Origin: a virus
Taxonomy: Duplodnaviria > Caudoviricetes
IMG/VR virus record: IMGVR_UViG_3300044723_007907
Location: 15,657-79,656 of that record
DNA length: 64,000 bases
Strand: one strand, 5' to 3'
Position numbers and translations under genes: made by a program. A model generated the notes under the pieces. That model was not told where the DNA came from, did no database searches, and saw only the letters and a list, made by a program, of their open reading frames with translations. Shown in pieces: positions 36,748-46,507 of this stretch. Within the stretch, counting starts at the first letter, position 1. Each line of letters starts with the position of its first letter.

Positions 36748-37755
36748 TCAAAAGTCATCATCAAGAGCTCCAGAATTTTGATAATCTGTAACCTTGGTTT
36801 CGAAGAAATTCTTTTGCTTGCTCAAATCAATTGTTTCGCTCAACCAAGGAAACGGATTAACATCCTTATCGTATCTGAACTTCATACCCAAACCTTCGAG
36901 TCTACGATTGGCGATGTGTTGCATGTAATCAACAAACATTTCCGCGTTGAGACCGAGTATTCCGGTTGGAAGCACATCCTTTGCGTATTCAACTTCCAGC
37001 TTAACTGCATCCTTGAGATATTCAGTCAATTCATTATCTAGTTCTTCGTTCCAAACATCAGGGTGCTGTTCACGTATCTTGTTCAACAAATTTGTACCAA
37101 ATTTTATATGTAAACTCTCATCACGTAGAGTGTATTGTATCTGCTCAGCAATACCAGGTATCTTTTCTGACAGAGCCAATAGCATAGCAAAACCACTGAA
37201 AAAGAATGTACCTTCACAAACAATCCAGTAAATAAATGCAGCTTTGATGATCTCTCGAACTCCTTCTGGTGTTTGGCTGTCCACAGGATTGGTTGCCAAA
37301 TCGCTAGTTATTTTCATCAAGAAATCATCTTTGGCTTTGATGCTTGGTATCGTTTCATATGCTTGGTATACCTCGTTTATATCAAGGTCCAAACTGTCAC
37401 ATATATAAACTATCGTGTCGTTGTGCAAACACTCTTCATACATCTGTCTGCTCATGTACTGTCGGCATTCCGGATCAGTAACGTATCTGAACATGGTGAA
37501 CAGATTGTTACCAACAAGACTCTCACTACCAGCGAAAAAACCCAAACATCTCTTGATGAGCAATCGTTCATCATCAGACAAAACATTGTCTTTTTTCCAG
37601 TTCTGTATGTCCTTCACCATCGGTACCTCCTCTGGTGTCCAGTTGTTGTTTTTTCCTAGCTTGTATAGATCCCAAGCCCATTTGTTCGTGTGTGGTAATA
37701 TCTGGTTTACACCAGCTGTATCTTGTCCTAATATTTTATCTGAATGTTGTGTCAT
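36748..37755 (-). CDS. nrdB: Ribonucleotide reductase beta subunit, class Ic-like
   Basis: NW.PEE.PM.KD, FFAGSESLVGNN, EECLH, EGTFFFSGF, RDESLH, NFFETKVTDY; probable start ATG 37755. Confidence 0.95.
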   Translation of the reverse strand: MTQHSDKILGQDTAGVNQILPHTNKWAWDLYKLGKNNNWTPEEVPMVKDIQNWKKDNVLSDDERLLIKRCLGFFAGSESLVGNNLFTMFRYVTDPECRQYMSRQMYEECLHNDTIVYICDSLDLDINEVYQAYETIPSIKAKDDFLMKITSDLATNPVDSQTPEGVREIIKAAFIYWIVCEGTFFFSGFAMLLALSEKIPGIAEQIQYTLRDESLHIKFGTNLLNKIREQHPDVWNEELDNELTEYLKDAVKLEVEYAKDVLPTGILGLNAEMFVDYMQHIANRRLEGLGMKFRYDKDVNPFPWLSETIDLSKQKNFFETKVTDYQNSGALDDDF

Positions 37756-37846
37756 ACGTGTGTATTTAGTATACAACATATGCGCAAAACAGCAAGTTTG
37801 AATAAAAAAATATTTTTTTTCTCAAGTACTGAATTATAACAACAAG

Positions 37847-38194
37847 TTACAGAAGAAATACCTGCTTTCCTGTGTATCCATTGTATATTCCTTGTGGGCC
37901 GGCGGTGCTATCTGTATACTCATCATACGTTACAGAACGCCCGGTGGTGTCAATGGCAGATTTTTGTGTTACTGTTTGTTCTCTGTATTGTTCCGGTTGG
38001 TAGTATTCTAGATCCATTCCTGGGTTGCTCGTGCATTTGCCTTGATTGTCCATTGTGTGTGAACCCGGTGTATGGTTGTATTGATACAAGTCTAATTCTC
38101 TATATGTTACTAACTTACCCGTTGAATCTACACGGGTCTTAGTTGTTATTATAGGTGTCGCTCTTCTTATGTATGATTTATCAGTACCTGCCAT
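37847..38194 (-). CDS. Hypothetical late protein with an internal repeat, between nrdA and nrdB
   Basis: TAAATA-N5-ATG; repeats TKTRVDSTGKLVTYRE and QKSAIDTTGRSVTYDE. Confidence 0.65.
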   Translation of the reverse strand: MAGTDKSYIRRATPIITTKTRVDSTGKLVTYRELDLYQYNHTPGSHTMDNQGKCTSNPGMDLEYYQPEQYREQTVTQKSAIDTTGRSVTYDEYTDSTAGPQGIYNGYTGKQVFLL

Positions 38195-38202
38195 GTCAAT
38201 AT

Positions 38203-40662
38203 TTATTGACAGGCTTCACATTCTCCTGGGGGACTGTTCAAACTACAAGCTTTAATATTCTCTGGTTCTGGATCCGAACTGTTGCTCACGGTGCTCTTCT
38301 CAATCTTGCTGGCAGCTTGATTTCTCAGATAGTATGTTGTTTTCAATCCATGGTTCCATGCATGCATGTACAAGTCGTTCAAGAACTTCAAACTGGTTTG
38401 ATTGTTGTATAGATTCAAGCTCTGTGCCTGATCGATCCATCTTTGTCTAGCAGCAGCTGATTCAATCATTTTGAACTGATCTTGCTGAAAGCTTGTCTTG
38501 TACTTCTGCTTGATGTCTTCAGGTAGATCAATCAATTTGATTTGCATCACATCACCATCAGTTCTCTTGATTTCGTTTATCAATTCTTGATTCCACAGAC
38601 CTAATGATTTCATGTCTTTGACGAAATGCTCGTTCACCATGGTGAACTCTCCACTCAGTGTGCTGTAAACATACAACACACTATAATATGGTTCGATGCT
38701 GGGGCTACAACCAACAATGCTGCTGATTGTGGCGGTGGGTGCAATTGCCATTGTGTTGCTGTTGCGCATTCCGGTTTTGATTACTTGTTTTTTGAGAGCT
38801 TCCCAATCTAAATCTCCACGGGTCGTTCCTAAAGCTCTTTCTGAACGAGTGCTCATGAGAGTTCTGTATGTGTCCATCGGAAATTCTCCTTTGCTCCAGC
38901 TGCTACCTTCATAACTTGGATAGCTGCCACGTTCTTTGGCAAGCTTGTTGCTAGCCGCGATTGTGTGATACGAGATGTATTCGTACAATTGACCACTCAG
39001 TTTGACCGCTTGTTCACTATCGAATCTGATATCCAGAGCATAAAACATATCATGCCAGCCCATGCTACCCATGCCCACTGGACGATGTGTCGTGTTGCTA
39101 CGCTTAGCTTCTTCAGTAGGATAAAAGTTGATGTCGATGACATTGTCAAGCATGCGGCTGCCTGTGGTGATGGTTTTTTTGAGTTTGTCGTAATCAATCT
39201 CCGGTCCATTATCGGTATATTTGATGTGATTGGCTAGATTGATACTACCCAGATTGCACACGGCTGTTTCACCATATTGTTTGACACTCCGGCTGTTTTT
39301 ATTATATTGTGTGGCTTTGGTGTTGAGTGTTATCTCTGTACACAAATTGCTGCTATGTACCACACCTGCATGTTGTTGTGGGTTACGTATGTTACAAGGA
39401 TCTTTGAACGTGATCCACGGATGTCCAGTTTCGAACAGACTGCGGAGCATTTTTTTCCAGAGTTCCTTGGCATTCACTTCTTTGAATATTCTCAACTCAC
39501 CGGCCTTACCTCTCTTGACATATTCATAATACTTTTTCTCGAACTCTTTACCATACAAGTCATGCAAATCCGGCACTTCATTCGTTGTAAACAAATACCA
39601 TGGCTTGTCTTCAGCGACACACTTCAAGAACAAGTCTGGAATCCAATGAGCTGTGTTCATATCATGTGTTCGCTTGCGATCATCTCCAGTGTTTTTTCTG
39701 AGTTGAATGAAGTCTTCTATATCTGCATGCCACGTTTCCAGATAAGCGCATCCAGCGCCACGTCTTTTGCCACCCTGATTGACCGCTGTTAACATGTCAC
39801 CATACAGCTTCCAAAAATAAACCGCACCCTGAGTTTCACCATTGGTTCCGGTTATGTAGCTGTTTGTGGCCCGGAAGTTCGTCAAGTCCATGCCCAATCC
39901 ACCAGCGTATTTGTTTTTCAAAGCCTCTTGTAACAAACCATCAAATATACCAACGATGCTGTCTTCAAATGTGCTCAGGAAACAACTGCTCAGCTGATTG
40001 AAAGTGCCACCGCTGTTGAACAGTGTAGGTGTGCTGCACATGTAATCAAAGCTGCTCAACAAGTTGTAGTATTTGATAGCCCACTGCTCACGATCCGTCT
40101 CCTCACGCAACGCCAATCCCATGGCTACCCGCATCCAGAATGCCTGTGGTGTTTCCATTTTCTGACCATCTATATGGTGCAAGTATCTATCAAAAACTGT
40201 TTGTAATCCGAGATATGCAAAATTCTGATCACGGGAGATCTTCAACTGATCACTCAATAATTTCAAATCCATGCGAGCTAACTCTTTATTGACAATACCG
40301 GCTTTTATCAATTTCTTCAAATTCACGATGAATGTTGTACGGTATTGCAATTCAAATGCATCACTGTCAACACCCGTGCCAAACACTTCTTTATATATGG
40401 TGTTGATCAGCAGTTTAGCTGCCACATACTTGTAGTTTGGTTCTTGTTCAATCATGCTTCGAGCACTCTTGACCAAGCTGTTGTCTATCTCACTTGTCCT
40501 TATACCATCAAACAATTTGATCCTGGCATTGAACATAACCGCTTCACTATCAACACCATCATACGATTGACCGTTCTTGTCAATACAGCTTCTCTCCACA
40601 CAAGCTCGTATTTTTTGTTCGTTAAATTGTTCCAGTCTACCGTTTCGTTTCTTAACATTCAT
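38203..40662 (-). CDS. nrdA: Ribonucleotide reductase alpha subunit with N-terminal ATP cone
   Basis: VKKRNG ATP cone; QLSSC, SSNLCTEI, VCNLGS, PTATIS, KTTYYLR, C-terminal CEAC; no intein evident. Confidence 0.97.
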   Translation of the reverse strand: MNVKKRNGRLEQFNEQKIRACVERSCIDKNGQSYDGVDSEAVMFNARIKLFDGIRTSEIDNSLVKSARSMIEQEPNYKYVAAKLLINTIYKEVFGTGVDSDAFELQYRTTFIVNLKKLIKAGIVNKELARMDLKLLSDQLKISRDQNFAYLGLQTVFDRYLHHIDGQKMETPQAFWMRVAMGLALREETDREQWAIKYYNLLSSFDYMCSTPTLFNSGGTFNQLSSCFLSTFEDSIVGIFDGLLQEALKNKYAGGLGMDLTNFRATNSYITGTNGETQGAVYFWKLYGDMLTAVNQGGKRRGAGCAYLETWHADIEDFIQLRKNTGDDRKRTHDMNTAHWIPDLFLKCVAEDKPWYLFTTNEVPDLHDLYGKEFEKKYYEYVKRGKAGELRIFKEVNAKELWKKMLRSLFETGHPWITFKDPCNIRNPQQHAGVVHSSNLCTEITLNTKATQYNKNSRSVKQYGETAVCNLGSINLANHIKYTDNGPEIDYDKLKKTITTGSRMLDNVIDINFYPTEEAKRSNTTHRPVGMGSMGWHDMFYALDIRFDSEQAVKLSGQLYEYISYHTIAASNKLAKERGSYPSYEGSSWSKGEFPMDTYRTLMSTRSERALGTTRGDLDWEALKKQVIKTGMRNSNTMAIAPTATISSIVGCSPSIEPYYSVLYVYSTLSGEFTMVNEHFVKDMKSLGLWNQELINEIKRTDGDVMQIKLIDLPEDIKQKYKTSFQQDQFKMIESAAARQRWIDQAQSLNLYNNQTSLKFLNDLYMHAWNHGLKTTYYLRNQAASKIEKSTVSNSSDPEPENIKACSLNSPPGECEACQ

Positions 40663-40696
40663 GTGTATAAGATATTAGTCTATTCAAGACCAAATA

Positions 40697-41146
40697 TCAA
40701 AGACTTTTACCAGAAAAATATGCTATGATTGATCCCACAAGCGCGACAATACCACCAATGATCGCTGTTTTCATTTGCCAACCACCGGTTCGATCGATCT
40801 TGTTTTGCTCTGATAATGATCGCATCATCGACTCCATGCTGTTGAATTTTGTGTCTATCCAGCCCTCGAGACGACCGAACTTGCTCTCGAGTTTTTGATG
40901 TATTGATTCGAATTTGAGACTATGCTCACGAGACAGGTGTGATATTTTTTCGTCCATTTGCTCACGTAACCCGCGTAGTTTGCCCTCAACGCTGTTGACT
41001 CTCGTAACAAGCGATGGATGCCCGTTTCCTTTATAGACGGTTTCATACAAGTCGTCGACCTCTTTTCTGATTTTATCGAGTTCATCTTCGATTCTTTTTT
41101 CTAGTTTAGTCAAGTCACGACTTTCATCATTCTTATCTGCACTCAT
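40697..41146 (-). CDS. Coiled-coil protein with C-terminal TM helix
   Basis: Heptads, GNGHPSL.TRV motif, hydrophobic C-terminus; TAAGTA-N7-ATG. Confidence 0.65.
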   Translation of the reverse strand: MSADKNDESRDLTKLEKRIEDELDKIRKEVDDLYETVYKGNGHPSLVTRVNSVEGKLRGLREQMDEKISHLSREHSLKFESIHQKLESKFGRLEGWIDTKFNSMESMMRSLSEQNKIDRTGGWQMKTAIIGGIVALVGSIIAYFSGKSL

Positions 41147-41165
41147 GTACAGATACTTATGATTA

Positions 41166-41390
41166 TCAAGCGTTAAATCTGTTGATGATATGCCCGGTTG
41201 GTAATTTTATTATGTATCCCATCGCCATGTTGTTGTTTTTTGTGACGATCGTGCAACTGTCTCCTCCCACAATCGGACCGTTCACTAACTCTCCAGGTAC
41301 ATTGAATCTGTTGACAAACGCACCAGTTTGCATGTCTATAATAACAAACATTCCAGGACCATCCGGGCGTACTGAGTATGATTTATTCAT
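41166..41390 (-). CDS. Small beta-rich protein with twofold repeat (TGAFVNRFN / TGHIINRFN)
   Basis: Coupled to the upstream ORF; internal repeat. Confidence 0.6.
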   Translation of the reverse strand: MNKSYSVRPDGPGMFVIIDMQTGAFVNRFNVPGELVNGPIVGGDSCTIVTKNNNMAMGYIIKLPTGHIINRFNA

Positions 41391-41748
41391 TTTTTAAAAT
41401 TTTATTTATAAATTGCTTAACTTTAGGATCTGTAACTATATTTAATGATCTGCTTGTGTTAACAATATTATTTATGCGCCTCACGCGTGTAGATTTTTCA
41501 TCTTGCATCATCTGATCGATAATTGATTGATCAACTGGTGAGTCGATAGTCGCAGACAATAATTCTCTCACTTTATCAACTGATGTGCCTTGCTTGAGTA
41601 GATTTTTTGCTTCTCTGCAGATGTAAGTGTCATGTAATTTTTGCTCATCACCCGCCTTTTTTACTTTACGAGCATAATATTCTTTCGTGGCGATTAACTG
41701 ACGACCAGTCACAATACATTTAAGTTTATTATTTTTAGTAGAACTCAT
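41383..41748 (-). CDS. Hypothetical protein
   Basis: 121 aa ORF; TATTAT 7 nt before ATG. Confidence 0.65.
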   Translation of the reverse strand: MSSTKNNKLKCIVTGRQLIATKEYYARKVKKAGDEQKLHDTYICREAKNLLKQGTSVDKVRELLSATIDSPVDQSIIDQMMQDEKSTRVRRINNIVNTSRSLNIVTDPKVKQFINKILKNE

Positions 41749-41804
41749 ACTATATATAATAGTAACATAACACTAAGAATTCCATTGGAAAATAGATATG
41801 ACAA

Positions 41805-41812
41805 TATAAATA
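41805..41812 (+). promoter_or_regulatory. T4-type late promoter TATAAATA
   Basis: Exact consensus 11 nt before ATG 41824. Confidence 0.65.
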
Positions 41813-41823
41813 ATTGAGTATAC

Positions 41824-44800
41824 ATGGCCACAACAACAACAATTACTAAATTTCTGTTCCGTCGCGGGAATGACTCTGATCGAAAGCAAACAATATTAGC
41901 TAGTGGAGAGCCTGGTCTCACACTAGACACCAAACGATTGTGGATTGGTGATGGAGTCACACCTGGTGGTATACCCGCATTAAGCGCTCGTGAGTATCAC
42001 TTACATTACATAGACAATGTACCTGGAGTAGGCACCGGTCGGCAATGGACCGAAACAGACAGCGATAATTCCGGTGCGGCTCAGTCGCTGGATATCAACA
42101 TTCCCAATTTAGCAAACACACTAGCCGGTAGAGATCGTACTGCACCAATTGGACATGAAAATCTACGTTGGTTCCACCCGGTGGTAGGTAACATCGAGAC
42201 GACATACGATTTAAGATTCAAATCTGAAGATGCTGAGATCGTGCATGAAGGTAGTGGAGCTCTCAACATCTATACATCCAATAATGATCCAGCAACAACC
42301 AATGCGATCAACATTGGTGGCAAAATTTTAGTGCGTCCGGATGGTATCACATTCAAGGGCCCAGTGGATATATCCGGATCAGACCTCGCATTCACAGGTG
42401 TGGACAAGACACATTTTTCGGATAAGACAATTGATATAAATGTGCGTTACCATGACCCGGACACCAAAAATGAACCACTGTCTGGTGGTGATGGAGAAGA
42501 CGCCGGTCAGGCTGGATTTTACATATCACACATGAATTATCTCAGCGCTGGTTACATACGTGTTGGGGATGATAATGGTGATCACAGCACATTTGAATTT
42601 GCACCACCAATGTATTATACCAACTGGGAAAGCCGGCAGAACCGGGAGATGTGGGAGAACAAAACATACGACAATTACATAATTAGACCCACTGGTCGGA
42701 CACCAGGCTCAGGCAAGAGTACATTCACACAAAATTTCGCCGGTCAGGACAGTGTGTTTTTCGACAATCCAATACCAGTTTCAAAACCTCTTGTGTTTCA
42801 TTCGTACAGACCTCAAGACGGTGAATTGGATTTTAGAGGCCGCTCTTACAAGGGCAATGCTCACTTCGTGTTCGAGGCTGGGTTGATGGTGTATGACAGT
42901 GGCGATGCTGACATTGGTGCATACAACGCTTATAAAATCAATCAGAGTTTAGACACAAGATCCGCTCCAACATTCACTGGTATCAAAATTCGAAAAGAAA
43001 ACGGCGATCCTGGTGCACCAATGGAAGTGGATAGTGGTGGTACTGGAGTCAATGATTTCACAACTGGTAGTGTGTTGTACACTGTGTTGAATCATGATGA
43101 TGGATCAACAGATCAACCATTGCAAAGCATGCCATTGACGCAGGGATCCATCATGGTGGGTACAAACACCAAAGGTGTAGTTTCAAGCAAGCTCAACAGC
43201 AGTCAATGGATAACATTTGATTACACAGATGGTACAGGATCAACCGGCGGTCAGAGTGATGGTGTGATAAAGATAAACAACACGTTTGCCCCTGACTTCT
43301 TGCAGGGAGATCTTGAGACTCGCGAGAAGTGGTTTGCTAGATTTGGTACATGGGCATGTGACACAGGATCCATAATACCTGTTGGTACAAGCAGCACCGA
43401 TCCTCGTGAGATCGTGGAGCTGCGAGGAGATTACTCACAAGCGTTTGGTGGTACCATACGTACAGTGAAGATTGACAGTGGTGTTGACAACAAAGGAATT
43501 CAATTCGAGCACAACAATTTGGCCAGTGAAGCATGGAAGAGTGGCAGTGGAGAGTTTGTGTTGCCATTCCAACGTGGTACCGGCATGTACAACATGGGAG
43601 CTCAAACACTGTTTGCTCGCGGCACAGTGAGCAATGACAAATATTTTGATGAGTTGATGCCGGTGACAGATGTGGATGACGACGATCGCACACCTGCAAC
43701 ATACAGAAACACTGGGTTGGTTATTGGTGGTATCACATTGAACCAAGGCGGTCACGTGATGGGTATCAGATCAAAAAATCTTGACCATCGATATCCTCAA
43801 TTGTTCAATCTAGGAACCGGTGGATATTTTGGTGATGATCAGTCACCATCAGATCTGTCTGAAGCGGTTCATAGTCCATCTGGCAGCAGCAACACAGAGA
43901 ATAGTTACTTACCGGTTGGCAAACGTACATCTGATTATGGCAAGAACACACGTGTGATGACCGGAATCAGTTTCGGTGATTATGGTACAGTGTCAGGATA
44001 CAAACATCACAACTTGCATGATATATTTTATGACAAATCCCAGGTGAGCAGCATGGTCGACACTGTCGACAGCCGATTGGATGCCATCGATCAAGACCTG
44101 TCCAATCTGGGAGAGAGTTCGTTCTTGAGAAATGTGAACAGCTACTCTGCCACAAAAATAACAACTGGTTGGTACAGTGGTAGTGAGATACATTTCAGTG
44201 ATGTTGCTTATAGTTCAGGTCAAAGACACAACAAGATTTACGCAAGTGCAGACGACTGGCACTTCAAACCACATGTGAACAGCAGCATATCAACATATGT
44301 TGGGCCAAACAGACACTGGGAGGTTAGAAAACTCACCGGACAAGATTCAGACAGCAGTGATAGTAATGATGCATCAATGTTGATGACTAAAATATACAAC
44401 ACTGGTACCAACAGCGTGTTGCAAGATTGGTGGTTTGATGATAAAGTGCGCATGAGATATCAAAATGGTGCATTGTATTTCAAAAACACATCCGGTACAG
44501 ACAGAACCACAATCAGTACAGAATCAGTCACCACACAAACAATGACATGTGAAACAGGAGACGTGAATGGTAATTTGTACTTAGGAGAGAATGGTGGAGG
44601 AGATTCCAACATATATTTCTATGATGATAACAGCAATGGTTGGAGAACATTTCAATGGGATGATAGCTTCAATGACTGGCGTGTGGAAGACAATGGAGGA
44701 ACCATGAGGACATTGCTTCACACTGGTAACATCGCTAACAACATCAATGGTTTGAAAGCTGGTGACAGCGCGAAATTGAACGGGCAACCGGCCAGTTACT

Positions 44801-45432
44801 ACGCCACCGCCACACACAATCATACATACAATGTTAATGATAGTTGGTTGAGAGAGAATGGTGATAACAATTACTTTAAAATTTATGGTAACACCAGGCA
44901 AGTGGTGATGCGCACGGATGGTACCACACAATACAGCAACAATGGTGCTTATCCATTTGTGTGGCTGTACAATGGTGATGATGCTAGCAAACGGTTGATG
45001 ATTTTAAACACCAGCGGGCAAATATGGGGCAAGGCATACGGATGGCTACATGATTATTTTTTACCAATGTCTGGTGGTACTATAACTGGTAACCTGACTG
45101 TCGAAGGAACTATATATGGTGAGGGCGATGTCATAGCATACCACTCGTCAGATGCTAAATTCAAGGACAATCTGAAGCCTATTGAAAATGCACTAGAGAA
45201 GACTTTGAGCTTGACCGGATATGAATTTGACTGGAATAACAAGCAAGATGTACACCAAGGTCATGATGTGGGTGTAGTTGCACAAGAGGTTGAACAAGTG
45301 TTGCCGGAGATTGTTGAAACACGCAGTGATGACAGTAAAGCAGTTAGATATGAAAAAATAATACCACTGTTGATACAGAGTATTAAAGAATTGACTGAAC
45401 AAGTTGAACATTTAAAATCACAAATTAAATAA
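41824..45432 (+). CDS. Tail fibre/spike with Mtd_N/hyaluronidase-type N-terminal anchor and C-terminal S74 chaperone
   Basis: RRGND...LASGEPGLTLDTKRLWIGDG.T.GG; SSDAKFKDNL...DVGVVAQEVEQVLPE...VRYEKIIPLLIQSIKEL. Confidence 0.85.
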   Translation: MATTTTITKFLFRRGNDSDRKQTILASGEPGLTLDTKRLWIGDGVTPGGIPALSAREYHLHYIDNVPGVGTGRQWTETDSDNSGAAQSLDINIPNLANTLAGRDRTAPIGHENLRWFHPVVGNIETTYDLRFKSEDAEIVHEGSGALNIYTSNNDPATTNAINIGGKILVRPDGITFKGPVDISGSDLAFTGVDKTHFSDKTIDINVRYHDPDTKNEPLSGGDGEDAGQAGFYISHMNYLSAGYIRVGDDNGDHSTFEFAPPMYYTNWESRQNREMWENKTYDNYIIRPTGRTPGSGKSTFTQNFAGQDSVFFDNPIPVSKPLVFHSYRPQDGELDFRGRSYKGNAHFVFEAGLMVYDSGDADIGAYNAYKINQSLDTRSAPTFTGIKIRKENGDPGAPMEVDSGGTGVNDFTTGSVLYTVLNHDDGSTDQPLQSMPLTQGSIMVGTNTKGVVSSKLNSSQWITFDYTDGTGSTGGQSDGVIKINNTFAPDFLQGDLETREKWFARFGTWACDTGSIIPVGTSSTDPREIVELRGDYSQAFGGTIRTVKIDSGVDNKGIQFEHNNLASEAWKSGSGEFVLPFQRGTGMYNMGAQTLFARGTVSNDKYFDELMPVTDVDDDDRTPATYRNTGLVIGGITLNQGGHVMGIRSKNLDHRYPQLFNLGTGGYFGDDQSPSDLSEAVHSPSGSSNTENSYLPVGKRTSDYGKNTRVMTGISFGDYGTVSGYKHHNLHDIFYDKSQVSSMVDTVDSRLDAIDQDLSNLGESSFLRNVNSYSATKITTGWYSGSEIHFSDVAYSSGQRHNKIYASADDWHFKPHVNSSISTYVGPNRHWEVRKLTGQDSDSSDSNDASMLMTKIYNTGTNSVLQDWWFDDKVRMRYQNGALYFKNTSGTDRTTISTESVTTQTMTCETGDVNGNLYLGENGGGDSNIYFYDDNSNGWRTFQWDDSFNDWRVEDNGGTMRTLLHTGNIANNINGLKAGDSAKLNGQPASYYATATHNHTYNVNDSWLRENGDNNYFKIYGNTRQVVMRTDGTTQYSNNGAYPFVWLYNGDDASKRLMILNTSGQIWGKAYGWLHDYFLPMSGGTITGNLTVEGTIYGEGDVIAYHSSDAKFKDNLKPIENALEKTLSLTGYEFDWNNKQDVHQGHDVGVVAQEVEQVLPEIVETRSDDSKAVRYEKIIPLLIQSIKELTEQVEHLKSQIK

Positions 45433-45436
45433 TATT

Positions 45437-46507
45437 ATGGCCTGGAAATGGAATCCAATTAAAATAAGCAACTCCATTCGGATGTCTGATTTCGCGGTGA
45501 TGCGTAGAATGAAAAACCCGAACGATTGGTATGCAACCCGACCCAACATGAGTCTAAACGAGATGAGAACCTGGTTTAGAAAATATGGTGCACCATTTAT
45601 AAACAATAGTAATCCAGGTGCAGCACCTGGACAAGTCAAGTTCTCAGACTTTGATAAAATGGCTTTAACTGGTGTTTCAGTATATGCCACAGCAGAGACT
45701 TACAATAAAGGATATAGCGAGATGGATGATGCATGTATACGTGTGTTACCACATGGTTTGATGTGGCAAGACGATAGCAGAGGCACACCAAAAGCTACAA
45801 GTGGTGTTGATGTGTCGATAGAGGGTGGTGGTCACACACACTCGGCCCGGAAGTCTACTGGCAGCACTGGTGGTACTAAGGTCAGAGTATACACAACAAC
45901 CCCAGGCAATGGAGTAATTGTATCCAGTGGTAAAATTTCTGGGAAGAACTTATATCCAAGCTTCGGTCACAACAGTGTGAGTGCCACAACGGCATACTAT
46001 GGTTCCGGTAGTTATCCTCCATTGCAACACGAGCAGTGGGAAGGTACACCATTGGGCAACGGCACTCGATACAAAATAAGAGTGACAGATATTCTTACTG
46101 GTTCATGTGTTGGTTTAGACTTTGCACCAGGTAGGTCATATTTTTACTCGAGCGCCAATTCATCACGTGCATATTGTGTGATACGTGGAGGTTACGACCA
46201 TTTAGGACAAGGAGATGGACAAACGACACAAGGTTCGCCAAGCAACACTAACAATAGACCCACGTTGCATCTGAGATTCCGGGATACTCAAACTAGTGGA
46301 AGTTACGACAACTGGTATCCTACCAAAAATTCGAGTAATGAGCCTGTGAATTATTGGAGTGCATGGTATCATTTCTGGAACGGTCCAAGTGACCCGGAGA
46401 TGGATCGCTACATTACCGAAACATCAGATGCAACCAACGGTTATAAAGTATCATATGGATATTCCGGAGTGCTGACTGGACCAATAGGAGAGAATCCGAA
46501 CAGATAA
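45437..46507 (+). CDS. Hypothetical Gly/Ser/Thr-rich late protein, probably fibre-associated
   Basis: TAAATA-N5-ATG; follows the fibre gene. Confidence 0.6.
   Translation: MAWKWNPIKISNSIRMSDFAVMRRMKNPNDWYATRPNMSLNEMRTWFRKYGAPFINNSNPGAAPGQVKFSDFDKMALTGVSVYATAETYNKGYSEMDDACIRVLPHGLMWQDDSRGTPKATSGVDVSIEGGGHTHSARKSTGSTGGTKVRVYTTTPGNGVIVSSGKISGKNLYPSFGHNSVSATTAYYGSGSYPPLQHEQWEGTPLGNGTRYKIRVTDILTGSCVGLDFAPGRSYFYSSANSSRAYCVIRGGYDHLGQGDGQTTQGSPSNTNNRPTLHLRFRDTQTSGSYDNWYPTKNSSNEPVNYWSAWYHFWNGPSDPEMDRYITETSDATNGYKVSYGYSGVLTGPIGENPNR

Noticed and set aside
37768-37785. NrdR box upstream of nrdB (ACAACATATG)
   Set aside because: Only a half-site matches the palindromic consensus, and it overlaps a promoter spacer
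37847-38194. Homing endonuclease, intron or intein at nrdAB
   Set aside because: No nuclease motifs; both RNR ORFs are continuous and of normal length
41824-45432. Diversity-generating retroelement suggested by the Mtd_N-like N-terminus
   Set aside because: No reverse transcriptase and no adenine-variant TR/VR pair seen; the C-terminus is an S74 chaperone, not a C-type lectin
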